DNA of 50,991 nt from contig JAKBCC010000003.1 of the NCBI GenBank assembly GCA_021808105.1, forward strand, positions 1 through 50,991, read 5' to 3'. Positions 37,106 through 46,490 of the stretch are shown here, piece by piece. The first letter of the stretch is position 1, and every line of letters starts with the position of its first letter. Made by a program: the position numbers and the translations under genes. The notes below the pieces were generated by a model. The model did not search any database. It worked only from the letters and a program-made list of their open reading frames with translations, and was not told the origin of the DNA. Source of the stretch: Planctomycetota bacterium (GTDB lineage: Bacteria; Planctomycetota; Phycisphaerae; WQYP01).

Positions 37106-38464
37106 TCAGAGATTTCCAGCGGTTGAAATTGCGGTATCAGGTGATGCGGAAGGCAACGGCTGATCGTTGATGCGCGTCGTGAAAATCACCAGCATAAGCA
37201 GCACCGAGGCCCAAAGCGATACACCGATGGTCAGCATCCAGCGATGGCCGTCGGGGCCGAAAATTTTTGCGACATCGGTCGTTAAAAACATCAGAAAAGC
37301 CGCGGCGGATAAGGCGGTTAACGCCCGACGCCGTGTGATGTAAGCCATCCGCGGATCGGACAAAATCATTCCCACCGCCAGCAGGGTAAGAATCAGCGTG
37401 ACAAAATGCGGCACCCAGGTCCGTGGCGAAGCCCAGAGCATAAAAGCCGCTACCGCTCCGATTTCCATCACATATCGGCGATCGCGAAGGGTTGGTAACA
37501 CTTTCCGCGACCACCATAAACCGATCAGCCCGATCACAATAAGAACCATGCGGATAATCATATCGGAAGCCGGCCCTGACACGTTGATGACATTGACATA
37601 ATGAGCCGGATGTAGTCGATCCGGGTGCATCGGAAATGCCGGCACATGGCGAATCAGCCGGGCGATGAAAACCGGTATGGATTGCCCGACAAAATAGGTC
37701 AGATGGCCGCCCTTCAGGTACGGCACAATCATGATGCGTGCCCATTGCCGCAGCCACGCCAGATTCTGAGTCCACCCAAATATTGCCGCAGGAATTAATA
37801 GCAGGCCCAGAAGCAGGCCCGCCAGAAAACCGCCCGCGACATGCCATTGACGTTTCCACAAAAAATAAATGAAAAACACCAGTGGAGTTACCTTAATGCA
37901 CACCGCAAACGCAATGAGAATGCCCCCCAGCCATTTCCATCCCGGTGCATCAAGCTGGGCCGCGCATAACCCCAGCGTCAGCGGGAGCAGCATGAATAAA
38001 TTGGTCTGCCCTTCCTGAATATCCTGTAATGCCGGCCAGAACCAGACGGCTAACATCAGCAGAATCGCGGTGACGGACAACTTTACCCCCGCCTGCCGGG
38101 CCATGCGATACACCGCCCAGAATATGCCGATGGAAAAAATATATTTGCATATCGCCCAGATAAACTCCGCATTCGGCGGCGAAAACCAGGTCAACGGCCC
38201 GAAAACAGCCAGCGTTACCGGGGGGGTTGGAAAGGTATCACTGGTGTAGGGCACATGGTGCTGAATAAACGGCGGCACCACGACCATCCAGCGGTCAAAG
38301 TCGTTCACGTAATGGGTGGAACCGGTTTTTTCCCGATGGATTACCCGCGCACGCGCCTGAAAAGCTGCGACAATGGTGACGATCAACCCGACCGCCAGAA
38401 TAATGCTGACGGCAAGTCGATGGGGGGACATTGTGTTGCTTTTTGCATTCACAATTGCAACCAA
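37106..38464 (-). CDS. GT87/DUF2029-family membrane glycosyltransferase
   Basis: DF..W, P.PP, GQTNL, IKVTP and SP.TW.PH motifs; polytopic membrane protein. Confidence 0.75.
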   Translation of the reverse strand: MVAIVNAKSNTMSPHRLAVSIILAVGLIVTIVAAFQARARVIHREKTGSTHYVNDFDRWMVVVPPFIQHHVPYTSDTFPTPPVTLAVFGPLTWFSPPNAEFIWAICKYIFSIGIFWAVYRMARQAGVKLSVTAILLMLAVWFWPALQDIQEGQTNLFMLLPLTLGLCAAQLDAPGWKWLGGILIAFAVCIKVTPLVFFIYFLWKRQWHVAGGFLAGLLLGLLLIPAAIFGWTQNLAWLRQWARIMIVPYLKGGHLTYFVGQSIPVFIARLIRHVPAFPMHPDRLHPAHYVNVINVSGPASDMIIRMVLIVIGLIGLWWSRKVLPTLRDRRYVMEIGAVAAFMLWASPRTWVPHFVTLILTLLAVGMILSDPRMAYITRRRALTALSAAAFLMFLTTDVAKIFGPDGHRWMLTIGVSLWASVLLMLVIFTTRINDQPLPSASPDTAISTAGNL

Positions 38465-38506
38465 TTCTTTCCTGTCTTTCCTGCCGCCGCACCTGGCTCT
38501 TTTCCG

Positions 38507-39673
38507 CTAAAGCTTCAGCGATCCAATACGTGCAACCGCTTCGCGCAAACGGGATTCATCCACGGTCAGCGCCATACGCAAATACCCTTCGGCCGCCGGA
38601 CCAAAGCCCGCACCCGGCACGGTTACCACGTGCACCTCTTCCAGCAGGCGGTTGCACAAATCCATGGAACTTATTCCCTGAGGAGTATTTACCCAGCAGA
38701 AAAACCCGGCTGTGGGTTTGCGAAACTTCCAGCCCAGGGCGGACAAACCGCCATGCAGCGTATCGCGCCGCCGCCGGTAAATATCCATCTGTTGTTTCAC
38801 ATCAGGATGGTCATAATGTTCCAATGCTGCGGCTCCGGCCACCTGAACGGCATTAAATTGTCCGGAATCCACATTGCCTTTCACCTGCCCCAGGGCCGCC
38901 ACCACCGCCGGACTTCCTACCGCCCAGCCAATGCGCCAGCCGGTCATATTGAAACTCTTGGATAACGAATGAAATTCAATGGCGACATCCATCGCACCGG
39001 GTACCTGCAAAATGCTGCACGGCGGATGCTCAAAATAAACCTCGCCATACGCCAGATCATTGGCGATGATCCAGTTGTACTGTTTGGCCATGGCCACCGC
39101 TTTTTCATAAAAGCTTAGCGGGGCGGTTGCGGCTGTGGGGTTGTTGGGATAATTCAACCACAGCAGCCGAGCGTGCTGCCGCACGTCTTCGGGGATGGCG
39201 TCTAAATCCGGGAGAAAATCATTGCTCTCCAGTAAGGGAAGATGATGCACCCGTCCGCCGGAGAAGATGGCTCCGCTGGCATACACCGGGTAACCGGGCT
39301 GGGGAACCAGGACCACGTCGCCGGGATTAATAACCGCCAGGGGCAAATGGGCAATGCCGTCCTTGGAGCCGATGGTGGTGATGATATTTTTATCAGCATC
39401 CACGGTGACCCCAAAGCGTTTCTGCATGAATCGTGCCGCCGCGTGCCGAAATGCCGGCACGCCCTCATCAAAGGGGTAGCGGTGATTTTTTGGATCGTAA
39501 ATGGCTTTGGCCATTTCATCAATAATAAATTTGTGCGTGGGCAAATCCGGATCACCCACCCCAAGGTTAATGACATCTTTGCCCGCGGCCAGCAGGGCGC
39601 GCTTTTTACGGTCAATTTCAATAAACAAATAAGGGGGCAAAGCCTGCAGGCGTTGGGACTTGGTAAACGACAT
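38507..39673 (-). CDS. dapL: LL-diaminopimelate aminotransferase (class I/II PLP enzyme)
   Basis: LPPYLF, INLGVGDPD, GSKDGIAHLP, NYPNNPT, DLAYGE, EFHSLSKSFNMTGWRIG and KGNVDSG motifs. Confidence 0.85.
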   Translation of the reverse strand: MSFTKSQRLQALPPYLFIEIDRKKRALLAAGKDVINLGVGDPDLPTHKFIIDEMAKAIYDPKNHRYPFDEGVPAFRHAAARFMQKRFGVTVDADKNIITTIGSKDGIAHLPLAVINPGDVVLVPQPGYPVYASGAIFSGGRVHHLPLLESNDFLPDLDAIPEDVRQHARLLWLNYPNNPTAATAPLSFYEKAVAMAKQYNWIIANDLAYGEVYFEHPPCSILQVPGAMDVAIEFHSLSKSFNMTGWRIGWAVGSPAVVAALGQVKGNVDSGQFNAVQVAGAAALEHYDHPDVKQQMDIYRRRRDTLHGGLSALGWKFRKPTAGFFCWVNTPQGISSMDLCNRLLEEVHVVTVPGAGFGPAAEGYLRMALTVDESRLREAVARIGSLKL

Positions 39674-39794
39674 TCAGAATTTCCTTCCATTACCGGGAAA
39701 ACAAATTAACGCTGCCGCAGTGAATATCCGGGGCACCGGGCAGTTACGCCAGTGTAAGAAAGATTGAACTTCCGGTAAAGTAGGGCGGCGCTAA

Positions 39795-39950
39795 GTTACG
39801 GGTTACAGGGGACAGGTTACAGTGCAGGGGGGGGAGGAGTTAGGAGTTGGACGAGCATTCAGGAGTTAGAAGTTAGAAGGCTTTGGAAGCGCTGCGCTTT
39901 TGCAAGATGCGAAATGCTAGATGCTAAATTCCAGATTCCAGGTTCCCCCA
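39795..39950. repeat. Heptamer repeat patch (GGTTACA, AGGAGTT/AGAAGTT, TTCCAGA types)
   Basis: Seen directly in the dapL-lgt intergenic region. 39861-39900 matches 49136-49174. Confidence 0.75.
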
Positions 39951-40011
39951 ACCGTCCCGGAAACGCAGTAACCGGACGTTCGTTTAACTTGAATGGAGAC
40001 ATACGGTTCTG

Positions 40012-41289
40012 ATGCTGGCTTATTATATTCAAACGCTTAATCCATTTATTTGGCAATGGGGAAATTCCGGATTTGGTATCCGCTGGTATGGAACGGCTTA
40101 TCTGCTGGGCTTTATCATCGCGTACCTGTTGATGAAACGCTTCATCCGCACGGGCCGCATGTTGCTGCCCATGGAGCAACTGCCGGATTTTGTCCTTTTT
40201 GTTGCAATTTTCGGCGTATTAATTGGCGGGCGCCTCGGCGAGGCGCTGCTATATCGCCCCAGCATGTTTACCAATTTCTCTCCGCCGTTTCCGTATTGGG
40301 GATTATTAAAAATTCAGGATGGCGGCATGGCAGCCCATGGCGGAATTGTCGGCGTGTTTACCGCGTCCTACGTCTTCGCCAGACGCCGCGGCTACCGTTT
40401 TCTGAACTTGGTGGATTGCGGTGCCATGGTGGCTCCCATTGGAATATTTTTTGGTCGCATCGCTAATTTTATTAATGGCGAAGTGTATGGCCATATTTCG
40501 CACGCGAAATGGGCGGTGCAGTTTCCCACCGAATTGATTTACCAATCGCAACCGCTGGACGCACGGATTCGCCACCTGGCCGCAAAAATTGCCGCCAAAC
40601 ATCCGACCAGTGCCCATTTAATGAATCAAAATCCGGTCGCGGGAATGGTGCGCTATATCAGCCATCACCTGCAATGGCATCACCCCAGCCTCGTGCCCGC
40701 GCTGGCCCTGCATCCAAAAGAGGAAATCATCAAACTGGCGCAAAACGGCAAATCCGCCTTTCTCAACGCGCAACTCCAACAGATTCCGGATTTCCTTCGC
40801 AAAATTAAGCTGGATGTTCAGGCCCGCCATTTGGCCCAGCAGGTGATGGTTCGCTATCCTGATCTCGCCGGTGCCATACGCCGGAACCCCAATATGGAAT
40901 TAATTAATCTGGCGCGGCAAGGCAACGCGTTTGTTATTACCCACCTGCGTGAAATTCTTAACCCGCGGATTCCCTCGCAACTTATTGAAGCGTCACTGGA
41001 GGGGCTGCTGCTGTTTCTGCTCTGTTTTTTCATCGGGTCCCGGTGGAAAAAGGAAGGCATTACCGCCGCCTGTTTTGCCACATTCTACCCCATCATGCGA
41101 ATGATCGGAGAGCAATTCCGCGCCGGCGATCAGCCCAAACTGATTTTTGGCCATTGGATATCCCTGGGTGATTTATACAGTTGGCCCATGCTGATTCTTG
41201 GCCTGATATTCCTGATCTGGGCCATCCGCCGCCCGCCAACAGCCGCCGCGACGGGGCGAGGGGAAAAGGAGGTAGGAGTTAGAAGTTAG
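40012..41289 (+). CDS. lgt: Prolipoprotein diacylglyceryl transferase with large insertion
   Basis: IRWYG, GGRLG, GGMAAHGG, FFGRIANFINGEVYG, PSQL.E and R…EQFR motifs. Confidence 0.93.
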   Translation: MLAYYIQTLNPFIWQWGNSGFGIRWYGTAYLLGFIIAYLLMKRFIRTGRMLLPMEQLPDFVLFVAIFGVLIGGRLGEALLYRPSMFTNFSPPFPYWGLLKIQDGGMAAHGGIVGVFTASYVFARRRGYRFLNLVDCGAMVAPIGIFFGRIANFINGEVYGHISHAKWAVQFPTELIYQSQPLDARIRHLAAKIAAKHPTSAHLMNQNPVAGMVRYISHHLQWHHPSLVPALALHPKEEIIKLAQNGKSAFLNAQLQQIPDFLRKIKLDVQARHLAQQVMVRYPDLAGAIRRNPNMELINLARQGNAFVITHLREILNPRIPSQLIEASLEGLLLFLLCFFIGSRWKKEGITAACFATFYPIMRMIGEQFRAGDQPKLIFGHWISLGDLYSWPMLILGLIFLIWAIRRPPTAAATGRGEKEVGVRS

Positions 41290-41378
41290 GAGCCGCGTCA
41301 GGTTACAGGTTACAGGTTACAGGTTACAGTTGGCTACAGAAAAAAAACTGTCCCCTGTAACCCGTCACCTGTAACCTC
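41272..41378. repeat. Heptamer repeat hairpin
   Basis: AGGAGTT AGAAGTT AGGAG, then (AGGTTAC)x4 and the inverted arm CTGTAACCCGTCACCTGTAACCT. Confidence 0.8.
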
Positions 41379-41439
41379 GTCCGTCCCGCATCTTCTGGAC
41401 ACATCCGCCAACGCTTTGTAGGATAATACTCCCGTAGCC

Positions 41440-41513
41440 GGGCGATTAGCTCAGTTGGTTAGAGCGCATGCATGACACGCATGAGGTCACAGGTTCGAAT
41501 CCTGTATCGCCCA
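41440..41513 (+). tRNA. tRNA-Val (GAC)
   Basis: Cloverleaf: GGGCGAT acceptor / ATCGCCC-A, D arm GCTC/GAGC, anticodon stem CATGC/GCATG with loop AT-GAC-AC, T arm ACAGG-TTCGAAT-CCTGT. CCA not encoded. Confidence 0.97.
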
Positions 41514-41750
41514 ATATATTGATATGTTCATTGGTACGCGTGTTGAGAAGCGAGAGCAGTGCGACGCGAAACAGTCCTTGTTGCGGATCGGTCGGCTTGG
41601 ACAGCAAGGGTCTGGTTAATATCCGGGGCAGCGAAGCGCCATGCAAGATTATGGGTCGTATCCATAACAGCGTTGGTTCCAGTTCGCATGGAAGGGGAAA
41701 AAAGTGCGTAATTCTCAGCAATCACATGAGATAGACCTAAGGAGCATCAC

Positions 41751-43433
41751 ATGAACTTGTGCGCAGGCCGGTATGCCTTTGTGTTGGTGGCGTTGACATT
41801 TATTTCCACGAGCGGTCCGCGCTTGCTGGCGGCTGCGGTTCCCCCCGACCTCGCCGGTTTGCTGTCGCCGGCGCTTTCCAAGGCGAATCGCGTTATCCGC
41901 ATTCGGCAATCCCCTGATGCGACGAGCGTCCAGATTGCCTCGCTTAACGCCAAACAGGCGGCGGCGTTGCAGCGCCTCAAGGGTTCCATTCTCGGCAGGA
42001 GGGCGGTCGCGGTATTGGTGGTAAATGACGTCGTGAACGACAGTGTAAGCGGTGGGTACGACGTGGATGGAACAATCGTTCTACCCCAGCGACGCTTCTA
42101 TAATCTTGCTGCCCGGAGGGATGCTACGGCCGCGCGCTCCGCGTACTCTAAAACCCTTGGCGAGATCGCCAAAACAGATTACAACGACGAATTTACGCAT
42201 CCCGTAAGGCAAAAAAAGAAGGATGAGAAATCGGCATTGATCCAACTGCGCGAGAACGTCAGCCACATCAACCGATTGGTCGCTCCACCCTCCCAGAAGA
42301 TCGTGCTGCACACCTTTAACCCCAAGGTGGCTGCTTGGAATCCCGGCCAAACCCGGAAAGTGCTCGGCCGCATCATCGATTTGCGCATGCGGGCCGAAAC
42401 CTACTCCTACCCGGATTCATCGGACACCGATAACGGCGGGGACTACGTTTCCTGCACTGTCTATATGCATTGGATCGCAGAAATCCCATCTCGGTCCGCC
42501 AAAGTAGCAATCCGCGCGGTGGGCCAGCGGCGCGGAGCCGCCGTTGCTGCGAAAGCACTACCGACTGTGTACCTTAGCTCCATCATGCAACCGGCCCTGT
42601 ACAAGGCCAATAAAATAATCCGTGAAAGGCAGGTGCCGAACGCGACCGACGTTCAGATCGCCGCCTTGAACGCCAAACAGGGCGCGGCGCTATCACGGTT
42701 CAAGGGCAGACTACTGGGGAAAAGGGTTGTCGCGGTGTTTGTGGTTACTAACGTGACCAGTGATACACAAAACGGAGGCTTCGATGTCGATGGAAAGATC
42801 CAACTCCACCAAGCGCTGTTTTACAATACGGCGGCACGCGGCGCCATTGCTGCGTTGAATAAAGCCCCGACGGTGTTGAGCTATTCACGGGGTGGTGGTT
42901 TCGGCCCACCGGGAGGCTTTGGCCCACCGGGAGGTTTCGGGGCGACGGCAGGATCCCACGCATCCGGGAACAGCAGGGCCGTGAAGGCCGTGGCCGCAGC
43001 GGTGGCCCCGCCCGTTCAACAGATTGTGGTTCATACTACCAGCCGCAAGGTGGCCGCTTGGGCGGTCGGCCAAACACGAGTGGTATTTGGCACCATCAGC
43101 CGGGTGAATGCGAGCGCGGAAGCCTACGGCGGAGTTCTTGGAGGTTATCCTGATTCCTCCGATACAGATAACGGTGGGGATTACGTCGTCTGCACCATCA
43201 CCATGGAATATATAGCGGATCACGCTCCAGCAGCAGTTGCCCAAATAGCCGTTGCGCCTAAACCCGGGCCGCACGCACGGTTTGAAATTATCCTTAAAAA
43301 TGGGGATAAAATTCGTGCAACCGCGTGTGTCAAACGCAACGGGGACTACGATATTACGGAATATGGCATTGATGTGGAAATACCGGCCACGCGGGTTGCC
43401 AAGGTGATCGCGCTACCGCAAAGCGGCCGCTGA
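41751..43433 (+). CDS. Secreted hypothetical protein with two homologous domains and a small C-terminal beta domain
   Basis: AAGGAG RBS, signal peptide, and duplicated blocks (KAN..IR.RQ.P.AT.VQIA.LNAKQ.AAL; YPDSSDTDNGGDYV.CT). Confidence 0.8.
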   Translation: MNLCAGRYAFVLVALTFISTSGPRLLAAAVPPDLAGLLSPALSKANRVIRIRQSPDATSVQIASLNAKQAAALQRLKGSILGRRAVAVLVVNDVVNDSVSGGYDVDGTIVLPQRRFYNLAARRDATAARSAYSKTLGEIAKTDYNDEFTHPVRQKKKDEKSALIQLRENVSHINRLVAPPSQKIVLHTFNPKVAAWNPGQTRKVLGRIIDLRMRAETYSYPDSSDTDNGGDYVSCTVYMHWIAEIPSRSAKVAIRAVGQRRGAAVAAKALPTVYLSSIMQPALYKANKIIRERQVPNATDVQIAALNAKQGAALSRFKGRLLGKRVVAVFVVTNVTSDTQNGGFDVDGKIQLHQALFYNTAARGAIAALNKAPTVLSYSRGGGFGPPGGFGPPGGFGATAGSHASGNSRAVKAVAAAVAPPVQQIVVHTTSRKVAAWAVGQTRVVFGTISRVNASAEAYGGVLGGYPDSSDTDNGGDYVVCTITMEYIADHAPAAVAQIAVAPKPGPHARFEIILKNGDKIRATACVKRNGDYDITEYGIDVEIPATRVAKVIALPQSGR

Positions 43434-43534
43434 CGGCCAACTTCCCAATATGTTCTACCGCGTGCCCGGCCAGGCAAGTATTCGCGGCGACGCTCGGATC
43501 TGAGTGGGAAATCCCGCCAACGGAGTTGCAGTTG

Positions 43535-44176
43535 TCAGGCACCGGTCCCACTTTCCAAACACTGGCTTGGCGAATTACTTTCGCAGCGCGGACATTTATC
43601 GAGCCGATTTGCTTTTATCCAGTCGCAAATCGTGTCAATGCACCCGTAGCTGGCGTTACAAAGGTGGCACATGTGAAATATTTTGACCCCTCTTGCCACC
43701 AAACGGCCAAGGGAATTGGAAATGCCTTGGCCCCGGCGATCCCGACTGATGAACTTCTGTGCCTTCGCCCCGTGGATAATTACGGCACGTAGCCTCGGCA
43801 TATTATCAAGCAGTACCTCGACCACCCGATCGTTCGCGACCTTTTCTTCTTCCTCCCCCCTTTCCGCCTCATTGCAGTAAACATTGGTTTCGACGCAGGG
43901 TATACCGTGGTGTTTCCGGAAGTGAGCGAGGTTGCGTCGCGTTGGAGAAATCTTGGGGCGAACCTCGCTGTATTTTAGGGTCAATTTCTCGTATTCAAAG
44001 CCTCTCTCGTCGCTCCAGAAGTCCCACCAATTCGTGTCAAGTTTCGTCGCCGGGTTCTGGCCGATGATGATCGCCTCCGACTGGCAAGGAAATCCCTTGC
44101 AGACAAATGGGCGAAGGCCCGTGCAATCATCCGGAACTTTCGCCTTAACCTTAAGCAGTTCTTCCCATTTGCCCAT
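43535..44176 (-). CDS. Uracil-DNA glycosylase superfamily-like protein
   Basis: LRPFVC…IIIGQNP (motif A), ETNV, VIIHG.KA and H-containing motif B; Cys-rich tail. Confidence 0.6.
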   Translation of the reverse strand: MGKWEELLKVKAKVPDDCTGLRPFVCKGFPCQSEAIIIGQNPATKLDTNWWDFWSDERGFEYEKLTLKYSEVRPKISPTRRNLAHFRKHHGIPCVETNVYCNEAERGEEEEKVANDRVVEVLLDNMPRLRAVIIHGAKAQKFISRDRRGQGISNSLGRLVARGVKIFHMCHLCNASYGCIDTICDWIKANRLDKCPRCESNSPSQCLESGTGA

Positions 44177-44409
44177 GTGAGTTCTCTGTGTCTGGTGCCG
44201 CTGCCTGCACTAACCCTATGCGACGAATATTGTGATTTTGAGTATAGAACGGCCCAATCTGACCGTCAAATTTTCCGGAATCCACGGTTTGCCCATTACC
44301 TGCACTATCAGCGCGGATCGCAGCAAACGGTGACTTCGCGGATGGAGGTTCATACAATGTATTCGGCTGGGCCGTTGATGAGACTTGGCCGGCCGGGTGG
44401 GGGGCGTCG

Positions 44410-44469
44410 GTAGCGCAGGCGTCCCGCTTACTTTTTGCGTTCTGGATGCAGACAAGATCCCTGCGGTAC
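44410..44469. repeat. REP doublet (REPIN-like, family C)
   Basis: GTAGCGCAGGCGTCCCGC…GATGCAGACAAGATCCCTGCGGTAC, homologous to 47705-47766. Confidence 0.7.
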
Positions 44470-45028
44470 AAGCAGTTCCACCGGTGGTTAGTCCCAAGGC
44501 ACCGCAACTGGCGATCGTACGCAGCACCGAGGCGTTAGAACTTAAAGACGTTGACACCCAGCGAGCCGCTGGGTTTATCCCACCGGGAATGTCGCCGGGA
44601 ATGTTAGCCGGCACATTTAATGTGCCGGTGGCCCACGGTAACTTGATATAGGATTACGGCAACGGGTTTTACATGATCGATGCCTTCGCGCTTATTTGCC
44701 GCGAACATGGCCAAGTGTATCATCCACCTCGGATTACGCAGAAGGGAATGCGCGCTTGGTTGCAACGGAAGAAAGAGTTTCGGAGTCCATACTTCCCGGC
44801 GACCGCCGCAACCGGGGGCACCGGACCGCAGACATCCTGTCTGCCCGACGCCGCAGAACCTCCATTTCCTCCACCGCCTCTGTGGTGAACTTCGCTGATC
44901 AAAGATCACGGATCACGGACCAGAAATGGGAAAGTCAAATGATTTGTTCACTGATCGTTACTCATTGACCATTGAGCGCAGCGTCCGCGGGTAAGCCATG
45001 ACGTGTAAGGCGATAGGAGAAGAATTTT

Positions 45029-45508
45029 ATGTGTCCAGTGCAAAATGTCACCGCCCCTGCCTTGGCGGTACCGGTTCGCGCTGCTGATGCCACGGATTTC
45101 CTCGACGGTTGGCGTGGCTTAGCCGCGCTGGAGGTGGTTGTTTGCCACCTGTTTGCGCTGACCATGGCAAGCAAGCTGTTTGCACCACCGCCGGGAAGTT
45201 CCGATGTGTTAACCCGGACGGCGTTTTATATTCTGGCAGCGCCCTTCCGTTTCGGCGTGGCGGCGGTTTGGTTCTTCTTTGTCATTCATCTTCCCATCGC
45301 CACGTTCGTTTGCGCCATTGTTCTGCGCTGGCTGGGACCCCGTGCGATCGGGCAGCGGCTTGCGACGACGCCGGCCATTCTTGTATTGATTCTTGTGATA
45401 GCCTATTTCCTGCACTTATTTGTGGAGCGGCCCTTCCTGGCTAAGTCGCGTCGAGCATCGCTACCCCAGCCGATTGCGGCGGTGGTCGATCCTACACGCC
45501 AAGCCTGA
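45029..45508 (+). pseudogene. Acyltransferase-3 (OafA-like) gene with in-frame internal deletion
   Basis: The N-terminal LDGWRGLAAL.VV..H and V.FFFVI motifs are joined directly to the C-terminal IHLPI…AYFLHLFVERPF. Only 159 aa. Confidence 0.7.
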
Positions 45509-45860
45509 TGGCCGGCGGAATTGGTGTACACATCGGCGGTTTGTAGAGGGTCGCGGATTGCGAAAGTGCTAAAGCGCATGATAATGGTACGGCTTCGCTG
45601 AGAGCAGATGTTTAGAGCAGGCGAGCCGCAGTGCGAATCGGGCTGCGGCGCAGTTGAGCAGCTGAATTTAGAGAGTTGAAGGGTGGAATAAATGGGGCGG
45701 ACAAAAGAGTGGCTGTCGCGGCAGCGAGGCGCTTCTCCTGCGGCCACCTGCTCGCCGGCATCGCTGAACAGGGTGCCAAAAAAATAGCGCCGTCGCAAAG
45801 CGGTCTTTTCTCGGAAAAGCTCTTGCGAACGTGATCGAAATGGCTGTAGCAACCCGGCAA

Positions 45861-46205
45861 TTACGCGGACCGGTTTCCGGCTTGAGCCAGAGCGGATTCG
45901 ATTTTTTCGATGGTGCGGATATTGGGCGTCTGGCTACCGCTTTCGACGTTGGCCACCGTGGCCTGCCGGATGCCGGCGGCGGCGGCGAGCTGTCGCTGAG
46001 ACCACCCCAGCGCCAGGCGGCCTTGCAGTACGTCACGAGCGATGGAAGCTCGCAGAGAGCCGATGGCGTCATAATCGCCGTCAGGCCTGCGGAAACTTTC
46101 GGCATTGTCGGGTGTGATTTGCATCCGCCACTTGGCCGGGATTTTCTTCCAGCGCTCGATCGGAACGGCCACGTATTCGCGTCCATCAATAGTCAATGTG
46201 GTCAT
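45861..46205 (-). CDS. XRE-HTH antitoxin (HigA-like)
   Basis: R…GWSQRQLAAAAGIRQATVANVESG…P…TIEKI..AL HTH; immediately downstream of the toxin gene. Confidence 0.85.
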   Translation of the reverse strand: MTTLTIDGREYVAVPIERWKKIPAKWRMQITPDNAESFRRPDGDYDAIGSLRASIARDVLQGRLALGWSQRQLAAAAGIRQATVANVESGSQTPNIRTIEKIESALAQAGNRSA

Positions 46206-46208
46206 GTT

Positions 46209-46463
46209 TTAGTCCTCGTAAATATCCTTTCGGTGACCGACTTTCACGATTCGGATCACCTGGTCCCTCGGTTGGAAGATGATCCGGTAATCACCCGTAC
46301 GGATGCGGAAGCGCCCGGCCCACGGGCCAGTCAGGCGTTTATAGCCACTGACTTCGGGCCAATGTCGCAACCTTTCGGCGGTGGCCAACACGCGGGTCCG
46401 CACGGACAGCGGTAGTTCCATTGCCTGGGCATGAGCCTCCGGCGAAAACAGCACTTCCTTCAT
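46209..46463 (-). CDS. RelE/ParE-family toxin
   Basis: 84 aa; KRLTG…FRIRTGDYRIIF…I.IVKVGHRKDIY RelE signature. Confidence 0.92.
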   Translation of the reverse strand: MKEVLFSPEAHAQAMELPLSVRTRVLATAERLRHWPEVSGYKRLTGPWAGRFRIRTGDYRIIFQPRDQVIRIVKVGHRKDIYED

Positions 46464-46470
46464 TCTGTTA

Positions 46471-46490
46471 TGATACGCTTTGGCGTATCA
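46471..46490. promoter_or_regulatory. Palindromic operator of the TA operon
   Basis: TGATACGC-tttg-GCGTATCA, a perfect 8-bp inverted repeat 7 nt upstream of the toxin ATG. Confidence 0.7.

Noticed and set aside
44151-44968. Multiple overlapping 60-130 aa ORFs
   Set aside because: They overlap REP hairpins (SGTPALP) in several frames with no coherent coding signal.
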